Program-made: the position numbers and the translations under genes
Assembly: GCF_000025505.1 (NCBI RefSeq)
Contig: NC_013849.1
Coordinates: forward strand, 1,380,001 to 1,412,000
Length of the DNA: 32,000 bases
From: Ferroglobus placidus DSM 10642
Lineage (GTDB): Archaea; Halobacteriota; Archaeoglobi; Archaeoglobales; Archaeoglobaceae
Direction: 5' to 3'
Notes under the pieces: model-generated
What the model was told of the DNA's origin: nothing
Databases searched by the model: none
Seen by the model: only the letters and a program-made list of their open reading frames with translations
Shown: positions 9,358 through 17,594 of the stretch, in pieces
Layout: the number at the start of each line of letters is the position of its first letter
Position numbering within the stretch: the stretch's first letter is position 1

Positions 9358-10425
9358 GTGAGGCTTGGCAGAAGAGGCTTCGTAAAGGCTCTAACAACGC
9401 TTGGAGCCGCAGCTTTCCTCTCAAAATACAAGAGCTTTATCGTCGAAGCTTTTGAGGAAGCTAAGAGTAACGATGTAAAGCTCGTTTGGCTGCAAGGACA
9501 GAGCGATTCGGCTTGCACAGTCTCGTTACTCCAAGCAGCAGATCCGGATTTGTACGACGCTGTTGAAGAGTTAAAAGTTGGAATTTACTTCCACCCGACG
9601 GTAATGCCGGACTTCGGGGATAAAGCAATAAAGGTTCTTGAGGAGATCGAGCCAGACGTTCTCGTTTTGGAAGGCTCGATACCCACTGGAGACATGGAGT
9701 ACGCGTGCACTTTTGGCGAAAGAAACGGAAAGCCGGTTACTCTCGTCGAGTGGTTGAACGAGTTAATTCCGAAAACGAAAGTTGCCGTGGTGGGATTTGG
9801 TAGCTGCGCAACCTACGGAGGAATTCCTTCAGCTAAGGATTTCGAAGGAAAGAGTCCGACGAATGCAGTCGGACTGTATCAGTTTTTGAAGGATAAAAAG
9901 CCAGCTGTACCGGTAGTTCTTCTTCCCGGATGCCCGGGACATCCCGACTGGCTTCTCGTAACTCTGGCTGCCGTTTTGCTCGGAGTTAAGGTGGATTTAG
10001 ATGACTACTGGAGACCGAAGTGGTTCTTCTCTCAGCTAATCCACGACAACTGTGCGAGAAGAGGCTTTTACGACGAAGGCTGGTTTGCTAAGAGCTTCGA
10101 AGAGAGCGATTTGAAATACGAAACTTGCCTATTTAAGCTCGGATGCAGAGGCCCTATGACTTACGCAGCTTGCAGCGAAACCAAGTGGAACGGGGGAGTA
10201 AACGTTTGCATGAACGCCGGTGCTCCTTGCATAGGCTGCATGCACCCGGGATTTCCGGATGAAACTTCTCCCTTCTTCAAAGAGCAGAGCAGACTCGAAA
10301 TAGATCTGACGAAGACAGTCTTCTCAACGCTGACCGGAGCGGTTTTGGTTGGAGCTGGAGCGTACATTGTAACGCACGCTATTAAAGAAGGAAAGGAGGA
10401 TAAAAAAGGAGGAGAAGAAAAATGA
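9358..10425 (+). CDS. [NiFe] hydrogenase small subunit, Tat-targeted, membrane-bound type
   Basis: GTG start and Tat motif RRGFVK, then WLQGQSDSACTVSLLQA, GFGSCATYGGIP, GCPGHP, and C-terminal cluster motifs (IHDNCARRG, YETCLFKLGCRGP, CIGCMHPGFPD). A C-terminal hydrophobic helix is present. Confidence 0.93.
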   Translation: MRLGRRGFVKALTTLGAAAFLSKYKSFIVEAFEEAKSNDVKLVWLQGQSDSACTVSLLQAADPDLYDAVEELKVGIYFHPTVMPDFGDKAIKVLEEIEPDVLVLEGSIPTGDMEYACTFGERNGKPVTLVEWLNELIPKTKVAVVGFGSCATYGGIPSAKDFEGKSPTNAVGLYQFLKDKKPAVPVVLLPGCPGHPDWLLVTLAAVLLGVKVDLDDYWRPKWFFSQLIHDNCARRGFYDEGWFAKSFEESDLKYETCLFKLGCRGPMTYAACSETKWNGGVNVCMNAGAPCIGCMHPGFPDETSPFFKEQSRLEIDLTKTVFSTLTGAVLVGAGAYIVTHAIKEGKEDKKGGEEK

Positions 10426-11078
10426 GGTATCTTATAAGGTTCGACGTTCACCAGAGGTTGCAACACCTATTGCTGCTAACGAGCTTCGTAATTTTGGCTG
10501 TAACGGGAATACCTCTCCTTTACCGCTACACGGAATGGGGTATGGCTTGGATTAACGCTATGGGAGGAGTAGAGGAGGTTAGAGGTTGGCACAGACTGGC
10601 GAGCTTCATTATGATTGCAGCTGGAATTTACCACGTAATCTGGGCGTTGATAAAGAAACCGAAAGGAATGATTCCGACGAAGAAAGATGTGAGCGACTTC
10701 ATAGCTGACTTGAAGTTCGTTTTCGGAAAAAGCAGAGAGCTTCCAAAGTACGGAAAATTCACCTATGTTCAGAAATTCGAGTACTGGGGTGCGTTCTGGG
10801 GAATGGTGGTTATGATATCCACTGGATTGATCCTAAGCTATCCGGACTACTTCTCACCCTCTGGAGAGCTGTATGCGGCTGTTAGGGTTGCTCACTGGGA
10901 GGAGGCTTTTCTTGCTATAGTGTTCATTGCCACGTGGCACATGTACTTCAGCCACCTCAGAAGGAGATTCTTCCCGTTCAACAAGGTTATTTTCACCGGA
11001 AAAATGGAGCTTGAAAAGGCTGAGAAGGAACATCCCCTCTGGGTTGAGGAGGTGGTTAAGCGTGGAAGTGGTAATTGA
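10422..11078 (+). CDS. Membrane cytochrome b subunit of the hydrogenase (b561 / formate dehydrogenase gamma-like)
   Basis: 218 aa with about 4 TM segments and His residues in or near them (DVHQRLQH, GWHRLASF, AHWEEAFL, TWHMYFSHLRRRFFP). ATGA overlap with the small subunit gene. Confidence 0.85.
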   Translation: MRYLIRFDVHQRLQHLLLLTSFVILAVTGIPLLYRYTEWGMAWINAMGGVEEVRGWHRLASFIMIAAGIYHVIWALIKKPKGMIPTKKDVSDFIADLKFVFGKSRELPKYGKFTYVQKFEYWGAFWGMVVMISTGLILSYPDYFSPSGELYAAVRVAHWEEAFLAIVFIATWHMYFSHLRRRFFPFNKVIFTGKMELEKAEKEHPLWVEEVVKRGSGN

Positions 11079-12627
11079 TCCCGTTACCAGAATCGAAGGT
11101 CATCACGGGGTTAGGCTGAAGGTAGAGGATGGTGTGGTTAAAGATGCTCATTCTCTTGCGACGATGTTCAGGGGATTTGAAAGGATAGTTATAGGAAGAG
11201 ATCCCAAAGATGCGCCGATATTGCTTCAGAGAATATGTGGTGTCTGCCACAACGATCACAGGCTCGCGAGTCTCTTTGCCATTGAAAACGCTGCTAAGCT
11301 TACCAACGAGTGGGGTGCAGGATTGCCAGAACCTGCGGTTTTGCTGAGAAATGCAATAGCAGCACTGCAGTTCGTCTTCGACCATCCAGTGTGGGCTTAC
11401 GCTTTAACAGGTCCCGACTACTGCGACGCGATACACAAAACAGGGCTTGTCAGGTTCGACCCCATAGTTGGGAGGGGAGTTAAGGAAGCTGTTTTAGCCC
11501 AGAAAAGGCTTCACCAGGCGATGACATATATAGGAGGAAAGGTACCCCACATAATGACCCCGATTCCCGGAGGAGTTAGCCTAGAAATTGACGCAAACAT
11601 CATTTCCAAGCTTATAAGCATAGTTCTCGATGTTAAGAAATGGGCCCTTGGAGTTGGACTCGGAAAAACTGCGCTGGAACACGCAAGAGATGTTGCTGGT
11701 TATGTGATTGACGACGTGAGCAAAAAGCTTGAGAAGGGTGTTGTTGAACCTCCCAACGACCCGGAAGTCGGAAAAGGGCTCTACGACCTCGTCTCTCTGA
11801 TCCTTGTCATGGCAAATCTGGGGCTTAAGGATATGGGAGAAAGAACTCCAACCATGCTGGCTTACGGATTTCTGGCTGATCCAAACGGAGAGCTCTTCTT
11901 CCCCTCTGGCTTTTTCAACGGAAAGGAGCTTGAGAAGTTCGATTACAGGAACATAGGAGAGGACGTGAAGTACTCCTATTATGATGACGAAGCTGGAGGA
12001 AGCTATGTTGGAGAGGAGGATACAAGAAAGCTAATTCCCAAGTACGGCAAGGCTGGAGCCTACACGTGGGCCAAAGCTCCGAGATACAAAGGAATGCCTG
12101 CTGAGGTCGGACCTCTCGCAAGAATGGTGGCAAAAGGATACAGGGACGGATGGGAGGTTGGAGACCCTCTCGATTTGAGGAAGAATCTCGCTGGAGGAAG
12201 AACAGCTTCAAATGCGCTGGCGAGAAACATAGCGAGGATTCAGGAAGAGCTTGTGCTTATCGATTACCTCGAAAACCTTTTGCTCGAGCTGAAAGACTAC
12301 GCTGGAAAGAAAGCTTACGTCAAATACGAGATAAACGACGGAGATGGAGTTGGTTTGAGAGAGGCTCCGAGAGGTGCACTGGGACACTGGGTGAAGATTA
12401 GGGGAGGAAAAATAGAGAACTATCAGGTTATAGCTCCAACTACATGGAACGTCTCTCCGAGAGATTCGAAGGATCAGATGGGTCCGCTCGAAGAAGCGTT
12501 AATAGGAACACCCATAAGCGAAAGCGATCAGTGGAACGTGATAAGAGTTATCCACAGCTTCGACCTCTGTTTAGCTTGCACCGTGCACGTTTACAGCGAG
12601 AAAAGCAGCTGGACGATTAAAATTTAA
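11062..12627 (+). CDS. [NiFe] hydrogenase large subunit
   Basis: MEVVIDPVTRIEGHHG, RICGVCHNDH, and C-terminal DLCLACTVH. GTG 11062 is preceded by GAGGAGGTGG. The listed 10927 start would add an implausible N-terminal extension. Confidence 0.95.
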   Translation: MEVVIDPVTRIEGHHGVRLKVEDGVVKDAHSLATMFRGFERIVIGRDPKDAPILLQRICGVCHNDHRLASLFAIENAAKLTNEWGAGLPEPAVLLRNAIAALQFVFDHPVWAYALTGPDYCDAIHKTGLVRFDPIVGRGVKEAVLAQKRLHQAMTYIGGKVPHIMTPIPGGVSLEIDANIISKLISIVLDVKKWALGVGLGKTALEHARDVAGYVIDDVSKKLEKGVVEPPNDPEVGKGLYDLVSLILVMANLGLKDMGERTPTMLAYGFLADPNGELFFPSGFFNGKELEKFDYRNIGEDVKYSYYDDEAGGSYVGEEDTRKLIPKYGKAGAYTWAKAPRYKGMPAEVGPLARMVAKGYRDGWEVGDPLDLRKNLAGGRTASNALARNIARIQEELVLIDYLENLLLELKDYAGKKAYVKYEINDGDGVGLREAPRGALGHWVKIRGGKIENYQVIAPTTWNVSPRDSKDQMGPLEEALIGTPISESDQWNVIRVIHSFDLCLACTVHVYSEKSSWTIKI

Positions 12628-12631
12628 TTTT

Positions 12632-13180
12632 TTAAACTTTCCCTCTGCTTTCTCCGTGAATTATTGCTGAAGCAACCAAATGGGCTATTCTCAGAGCTTC
12701 TGGAACGTTACCCTTAGCTGTCGTTTCTTTTATAACTTCTTTGGCGAAGTCGAGATTGCACCCCTTGATTTGAACGAAAAGGTTATCCAGCTCGTAAATC
12801 TCCCCCGCTTTTTCGAAGAGCTTCAACCTCATTTCCGGCATGGGAACGTTTTTTATCGCCTCCCTTATTTTTTCCATGTTCGGCTTCTTTCTCATGATCA
12901 CGACTACCGGAACTCCCGTCTTTTCGAAAATTTCCTCGATGTCGACGACGTTAAATCCGCCGAAGGTTATTCCGCTCAGAAATATGCACTTCAGCTGCTC
13001 TCTGAACTTCGACTTCAATATCATTTTTACGATTTTCTCGGTAGCATCGAAGCCGTCCACCAAAATTCTCTCCACCATGAACCCCTCGACGTAACGGGAT
13101 TCAGTAACGCAGCCTACCAAGTAGCAATCGTCACCTTTGAAGCTGTCGTCAAATCCCACAACCCTGACTCTCTTCTTCAT
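12632..13180 (-). CDS. DUF99 family protein (endonuclease V-like fold)
   Basis: 182 aa with VRVVGFDDSFKGDDCYLVGCVT, IFLSGITFGGFNVVD, ALRIAHLVASAIIHGESRGKV. Confidence 0.8.
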   Translation of the reverse strand: MKKRVRVVGFDDSFKGDDCYLVGCVTESRYVEGFMVERILVDGFDATEKIVKMILKSKFREQLKCIFLSGITFGGFNVVDIEEIFEKTGVPVVVIMRKKPNMEKIREAIKNVPMPEMRLKLFEKAGEIYELDNLFVQIKGCNLDFAKEVIKETTAKGNVPEALRIAHLVASAIIHGESRGKV

Positions 13181-13217
13181 TAAATCAACTTGCTAAAAGT
13201 CCTATTAAAGTTTAAAG

Positions 13218-14063
13218 TCAGAGGGGATACTCTATCTCGATTACTCCGTCGCAATCTCTCAGAACTCTCACAACAATAACGTCGTCTTTACTGTAGAACT
13301 CCTTGTCCTCCACTTCAAAGCAGTTTTTTGGATTTGTGCGAACTCTCACTTTCACGACTCCTTCGAACTCTTCGTCAACCGGCTGAATAAATATCTCCTG
13401 ACCTTTTTTAAAGGAAGATGATATCGTGTAATTGTTTAGAATTGCAATCAGCGTTACGTACACGCTTTTTCCTTTCGCAAAACATCCAACTCCAGCGTGG
13501 CTAAAATCTTGGAGCATAACCTTTCTGTGCCCTCTGCTTTTCTTCCAGCTTTCGACGCATCTTTCAGCTACGAATTCCTCCTTCACAGTCGATTTCAACC
13601 CGGAGATCCTGTAGATGTTCTCTCCGACAGTCAAAAAGTATATTCCCCTCTCTCTTAGCAAATCGTAAGCGTTTTTTCCGGAGTCGTGTGAGAATTCGTT
13701 CACGAGAAACATGCTTTTTTCTCTCGCTGCCTCAGCAATCTTCTCGCTCCAGTTTAGAGGCTTTAAGTCGTTACTCTCTCTAAATTCGTTGAGTTTGTGG
13801 AAGATTAACTGCTCTATTAACTTCAAATCGAGCTCGCTCGCTTCGAAGAGAAGCTCTTTTTCCGAAAGCTCGACGACGTCGAAAACCTCTTCGAAGCGGT
13901 ACTCGAACTCTCTCCCCTTGTACTCCCCTTTAAATACGAAACCCTTAGATAGCAACTCTTCAGAAACGTCTACGCATCCTTTAACTTGAATAACTCCTTC
14001 TGGCGTTACCAAAAATCCGCTCAAAAGCTTTCCACTCTCCTTTACCCTAAAGCAGATTCTCAC
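13218..14063 (-). CDS. CAP/SCP-superfamily domain protein with N- and C-terminal extensions
   Basis: HKLNEFRESNDLKPLNWSEKIAEAAREKSMFLVNEFSHDSGKN, VGENIYR, and GHRKVMLQDFSHAGVGCF form a CAP-domain series. Confidence 0.8.
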   Translation of the reverse strand: MRICFRVKESGKLLSGFLVTPEGVIQVKGCVDVSEELLSKGFVFKGEYKGREFEYRFEEVFDVVELSEKELLFEASELDLKLIEQLIFHKLNEFRESNDLKPLNWSEKIAEAAREKSMFLVNEFSHDSGKNAYDLLRERGIYFLTVGENIYRISGLKSTVKEEFVAERCVESWKKSRGHRKVMLQDFSHAGVGCFAKGKSVYVTLIAILNNYTISSSFKKGQEIFIQPVDEEFEGVVKVRVRTNPKNCFEVEDKEFYSKDDVIVVRVLRDCDGVIEIEYPL

Positions 14064-14099
14064 AAAAGGTTAATATCGTCGAAGCAATAAAGCTGTTGC

Positions 14100-16061
14100 G
14101 TGTGGTTGATAGTAACGGAGAAGAATCAGACAGCCAAGAGAATAGCTCAAATACTCTTCGGAAGCTTTCAGACTAAAAAGAAGTACGGGGTAAACTACTA
14201 TTTGAACGGCGACGCCTGCGTTGTAGGTTTGAAAGGGCACGTTGTTGAGTACGACTTTCCTCCAGAATACAACGACTGGAAGAGGGTCGAATTAAAATCT
14301 CTTTTAAATGCGAGGATAGTTAGGGTTGTTAAAGAAAAGTCGATAGTAAGATTGCTTGAGGAACTCGCTAAAAAAGCTGACAGAGTAACGATAGCAACAG
14401 ACTACGACAGAGAGGGGGAGCTTATAGGGCTTGAAGCGGTTCAGATAATAAAGAGGGTAAATCCGGACGTTAGAATTGACAGGGTTAAGTTTTCCGCAAT
14501 CACACCGGAGGAAATAAGAAAAGCTTTCTCGTCTCCTGGTAAAATAAATGTAAATCTCGCGAAAGCCGCAGAGACGAGACAGATAATCGATTTGCTCTGG
14601 GGTGCCGTTTTAACGAGGCTAATTTCTCTCTCCTCCGGGAGACTTGGGAGGGATTTCCTTTCGGCGGGAAGGGTTCAATCTCCCACTTTAAGGATAATCG
14701 TCGATAGGGAGAAGGAAATTAGAGAGTTCAAGCCAGAGCCTTACTGGGAAATAACCGCGAAATTCGAGAGGGGAGTGGAAGCGAAGATTCCGAGGAGATT
14801 TAAGGATAAGGAGGAGGCAAAGAGAGTTTACGAAAAAATAGGAGATGGAGTCGTTAAAAGCTTTGAGGAAGTAGAGAGGGTTGAGAAGAAACCAATACCC
14901 TTTAACACCACCGAATTTTTGAAGGAAGCGTCGAAGTTCATGCCTCCGGACAAAGCCATGGCGATAGCGGAAAACCTTTACATTAACGGTTACATTTCTT
15001 ACCCGAGAACCGACAATACCGTTTATCCGCAAAGTCTAAACCTTAAAAAGCTCGTTAAAATGTTTCTCGGTTCCGAGTTCGATAAGGAAGCCAGAATAGC
15101 TCTCGAAGACATGAAGCCGTCGAGAGGTAAGAAGGAAACGAAAGACCATCCCCCCATTCACCCTACCGCTTTGGCTGAGAGAAAAGAGTTGAGTAAGGAC
15201 GAGTGGATTATCTACGAGCTTATAGTAAGGAGGTTTTTGGCAACTTTAGCTCCGGATGCAGTTTGGATGGTGAGGAAGGCTGAGATAATATCCGGGGGGG
15301 AGAAACTCGTAGCCTCTGGGAAAGAGCTAATCAAAAGCGGGTGGAGAGCGATATACATTTACAGCAAAGCCGAAGACGTATTTCTCCCGAAGCTCAGGGT
15401 TGGAGAGAGGTTGAAGCTGTTGTCCAAGAAACTTCACGAGAAGAAGACGAAGCCTCCTTCAAGGTACAGCACGAGTTCTCTTATAAAACTGATGGAAAAG
15501 CTAAACCTCGGAACGAAGTCCACGAGGCATGAGATAATAAGGAAGCTTTACAGCAGGGGTTACGTGAGGGGAAATCCAGTAAAGCCAACCGAAACGGCAT
15601 TTTCCGTTGTGGAAGCTTTGAAAAAGCTCTACGAGCCGATAACTCTGCCGGACATGACTGCAAAGCTTGAAGAAGATATGAACAAGATCGAGGAGGGAAA
15701 AGTCGATCCGAAACTCGTTGTTAAAGAGTCGGTCGAGTTTCTGAGGAGGGTTCTCGAAAGCGCTGATAAAGAAGAGCTGTCTAAAATTTTAAGCGAAGGG
15801 ATAAACAAGGACAAAATCGTGGGAAGCTGTCCGGAATGCGGAGGAAACCTCGTCGTGAAAAAAGCGAAGGGGAGGTTTGTGGCTTGCAGCAACTATCCTG
15901 ATTGCAAGTTCTCGCTGCCTCTCCCGCAGAAAGGCTCTCTGTACGTTACTGCAAAAACTTGCAAGGAGCACGGAATGAAGTTCGTGAGGATCAAGCCTAA
16001 AAAAGGAAAAAGCTGGGAGTTCTGTCCTTATTGCAGCTACCTCTCATGGATCAATCGTTGA
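14100..16061 (+). CDS. topA: DNA topoisomerase I (type IA)
   Basis: TOPRIM features (ATDYDREGELIGLEA), ISYPRTDNTVYP catalytic Tyr region, and C-terminal Cys clusters CPECGG...CSNYPDC and CKEHG...CPYC. Confidence 0.96.
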   Translation: MWLIVTEKNQTAKRIAQILFGSFQTKKKYGVNYYLNGDACVVGLKGHVVEYDFPPEYNDWKRVELKSLLNARIVRVVKEKSIVRLLEELAKKADRVTIATDYDREGELIGLEAVQIIKRVNPDVRIDRVKFSAITPEEIRKAFSSPGKINVNLAKAAETRQIIDLLWGAVLTRLISLSSGRLGRDFLSAGRVQSPTLRIIVDREKEIREFKPEPYWEITAKFERGVEAKIPRRFKDKEEAKRVYEKIGDGVVKSFEEVERVEKKPIPFNTTEFLKEASKFMPPDKAMAIAENLYINGYISYPRTDNTVYPQSLNLKKLVKMFLGSEFDKEARIALEDMKPSRGKKETKDHPPIHPTALAERKELSKDEWIIYELIVRRFLATLAPDAVWMVRKAEIISGGEKLVASGKELIKSGWRAIYIYSKAEDVFLPKLRVGERLKLLSKKLHEKKTKPPSRYSTSSLIKLMEKLNLGTKSTRHEIIRKLYSRGYVRGNPVKPTETAFSVVEALKKLYEPITLPDMTAKLEEDMNKIEEGKVDPKLVVKESVEFLRRVLESADKEELSKILSEGINKDKIVGSCPECGGNLVVKKAKGRFVACSNYPDCKFSLPLPQKGSLYVTAKTCKEHGMKFVRIKPKKGKSWEFCPYCSYLSWINR

Positions 16062-17208
16062 TGCAGAGGAAGTGTCCGAGTTTTTCCCTCTTCGCTTTCA
16101 AATACCTCAGATTTTCCTCGCTTGGCTCGATTTCTATCGGCTCTCTAACGACTTCAAAACCGTAGCTCTTAAGCTCCTCTATTTTTTCCGGATTGTTCGT
16201 CATCAGCCTGACTTTTTTTACTCCGAGATCGAGTAAAATTTGCGCGGCAATTCCGTAACTTCTCATATCCGGCGGGAATCCGAGTTCGAGGTTCGCTTCG
16301 ACGGTGTCTTTCCCTTCATCCTGAAGTTTGTAAGCCATGAGCTTGTTTATCAACCCTATCCCTCTCCCCTCGTGACCTTTCATGTAGATCAAAACACCTT
16401 TATTTTCCGAATCAATCTTTTTCAAAGCTTTCTCAAGCTGTTCTCCGCAGTCACATCTTAAAGAGTGAAAGACGTCTCCAGTTAGGCATTCTGAGTGTAT
16501 CCTTACAACGCACTCTTCGAGATTTTCTCCTCTTACTAAAGCGACGACCTCTCCTATCGGAGTTTCGTAACCAATCGCTTTAAACTCTCCGTAGAACTTC
16601 GTCGGAAGTCTCGTCTCCACGACTCTCTTAACAGCCTTTTCCTCTCTAAGCCTCTTCGAGATGAGTTCTTCCATCGAAAAAGCTTCGAAGTTGTTCTCTT
16701 CGGCAAACTTCAAAGCGTAGCTCTTGTCGGCAAACTCCCCTTCTTGGTTGAGCAGAAAAGCGTAAACGGATATCGGAGAGTAGCCTTTCATCTTCGCAAC
16801 GTCTATGGCAGCTTCCCCAAACCCCGGTCTTTCGAGGACACCGTTTTCCTTCACCTCTTCGATGAAAATTTTCCCGGGGAACTTCGCATCGTATACGTCG
16901 CCGGAGAGAATTTTTCTTATAGCTCTCAGTCTGCCGGAAGCGGTTAGATCTCCGTTGAAATCGACGGAGATGAGGTTTTTTCCTTCAAATTTAAAGGAAT
17001 TGAGCCCGAGACTTTCTATTATCTTCCAAGGCATCGCTATTCTTATCTCGTCACCGTTTTTCATCAGAACGTTGATCTTCTCTCTATCTATTTCCTCGGC
17101 TGGAAAGCAAATCGCCGCTCTGTCGTCTTTGTAGATGACGTAACCCATATCATTTACTCCCAGGTGAGGTATATAATTTTTGAGATTTTTCTCAAAAATG
17201 TTAATCAA
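16051..17208 (-). CDS. GTP cyclohydrolase II domain fused to a degenerate DHBP-synthase-like N-terminal domain
   Basis: C-terminal RIHSECLTGDVFHSLRCDCGEQL, GHEGRGIGL, LGFPPDMRSYGIAAQILLDLGVKKVRLMTNNP. The N-terminal half aligns to RibB but lacks the ENEGD loop and a key His. Confidence 0.9.
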   Translation of the reverse strand: MINIFEKNLKNYIPHLGVNDMGYVIYKDDRAAICFPAEEIDREKINVLMKNGDEIRIAMPWKIIESLGLNSFKFEGKNLISVDFNGDLTASGRLRAIRKILSGDVYDAKFPGKIFIEEVKENGVLERPGFGEAAIDVAKMKGYSPISVYAFLLNQEGEFADKSYALKFAEENNFEAFSMEELISKRLREEKAVKRVVETRLPTKFYGEFKAIGYETPIGEVVALVRGENLEECVVRIHSECLTGDVFHSLRCDCGEQLEKALKKIDSENKGVLIYMKGHEGRGIGLINKLMAYKLQDEGKDTVEANLELGFPPDMRSYGIAAQILLDLGVKKVRLMTNNPEKIEELKSYGFEVVREPIEIEPSEENLRYLKAKREKLGHFLCIND

Positions 17209-17386
17209 TTTTCCTCCTTTTCAATTCTTCTTCTCCTTTAATCATCTCCTCATACTCTCCTTCAGTCATTTCGAGCACGTAGCTTCCCACGTACCCGCAT
17301 CTCTTGCAATAGTACTTCCCGGTGTAACCGCCGGCGTCGTATTCAATTTCCGTGGAGTTACAAACTGGACAGACCAGAATTTTCAT
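17201..17386 (-). CDS. 61-aa zinc-ribbon protein
   Basis: CPVCNSTEIEYDAGGYTGKYYCKRCG has two CxxC knuckles. It overlaps the start of the GTP cyclohydrolase gene and is divergent from the radical SAM locus. Confidence 0.7.
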   Translation of the reverse strand: MKILVCPVCNSTEIEYDAGGYTGKYYCKRCGYVGSYVLEMTEGEYEEMIKGEEELKRRKID

Positions 17387-17490
17387 AACCGTAATTTGGT
17401 AGCGAAGCTAATATACTTTGTGACGATGTTATCTCTTGCCAGTTGAATGTTACCAATTAACACCAAAATGATTTCAAATAAATAAAAAGA

Positions 17491-17498
17491 TTTAAATA
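17491..17498 (+). promoter_or_regulatory. Putative archaeal TATA box for the 17532..18811 locus
   Basis: AAAAAGATTTAAATATG about 35-40 nt upstream of the first start codon, which would give a short 5' leader. Confidence 0.45.
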
Positions 17499-17518
17499 TG
17501 TAACGATTAAATGTTGAT

Positions 17519-17526
17519 GAGGTGAT
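17519..17526 (+). promoter_or_regulatory. Strong Shine-Dalgarno sequence GAGGTGAT
   Basis: An 8-nt perfect complement of the 16S 3' tail in this same window (GGATCACCTCCT, ending ~25498), 5 nt before ATG 17532. Confidence 0.7.
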
Positions 17527-17531
17527 AGAAA

Positions 17532-17594
17532 ATGAGGGTGAAGAAAGTTGAGGGGAGAAAAAGGAGGATCTGCAAGTGTGCATCTACTTGCTGA
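17532..17594 (+). CDS. 20-aa peptide MRVKKVEGRKRRICKCASTC, candidate modified-peptide precursor
   Basis: ATG with ideal SD spacing, three Cys in the last seven residues, and a position just upstream of a radical SAM/SPASM gene. It is absent from the supplied ORF track because it is short. Confidence 0.45.
   Translation: MRVKKVEGRKRRICKCASTC

Noticed and set aside
10927-11061. N-terminal extension of the hydrogenase large subunit ORF
   Set aside because: It overlaps the cytochrome b coding sequence and encodes unrelated Arg/Ser-rich residues. GTG 11062 has a good SD.
12632-13180. Possible hydrogenase maturation protease next to the hydrogenase operon
   Set aside because: The sequence matches DUF99 rather than a HycI/HyaD protease, and it is convergent rather than co-directional.
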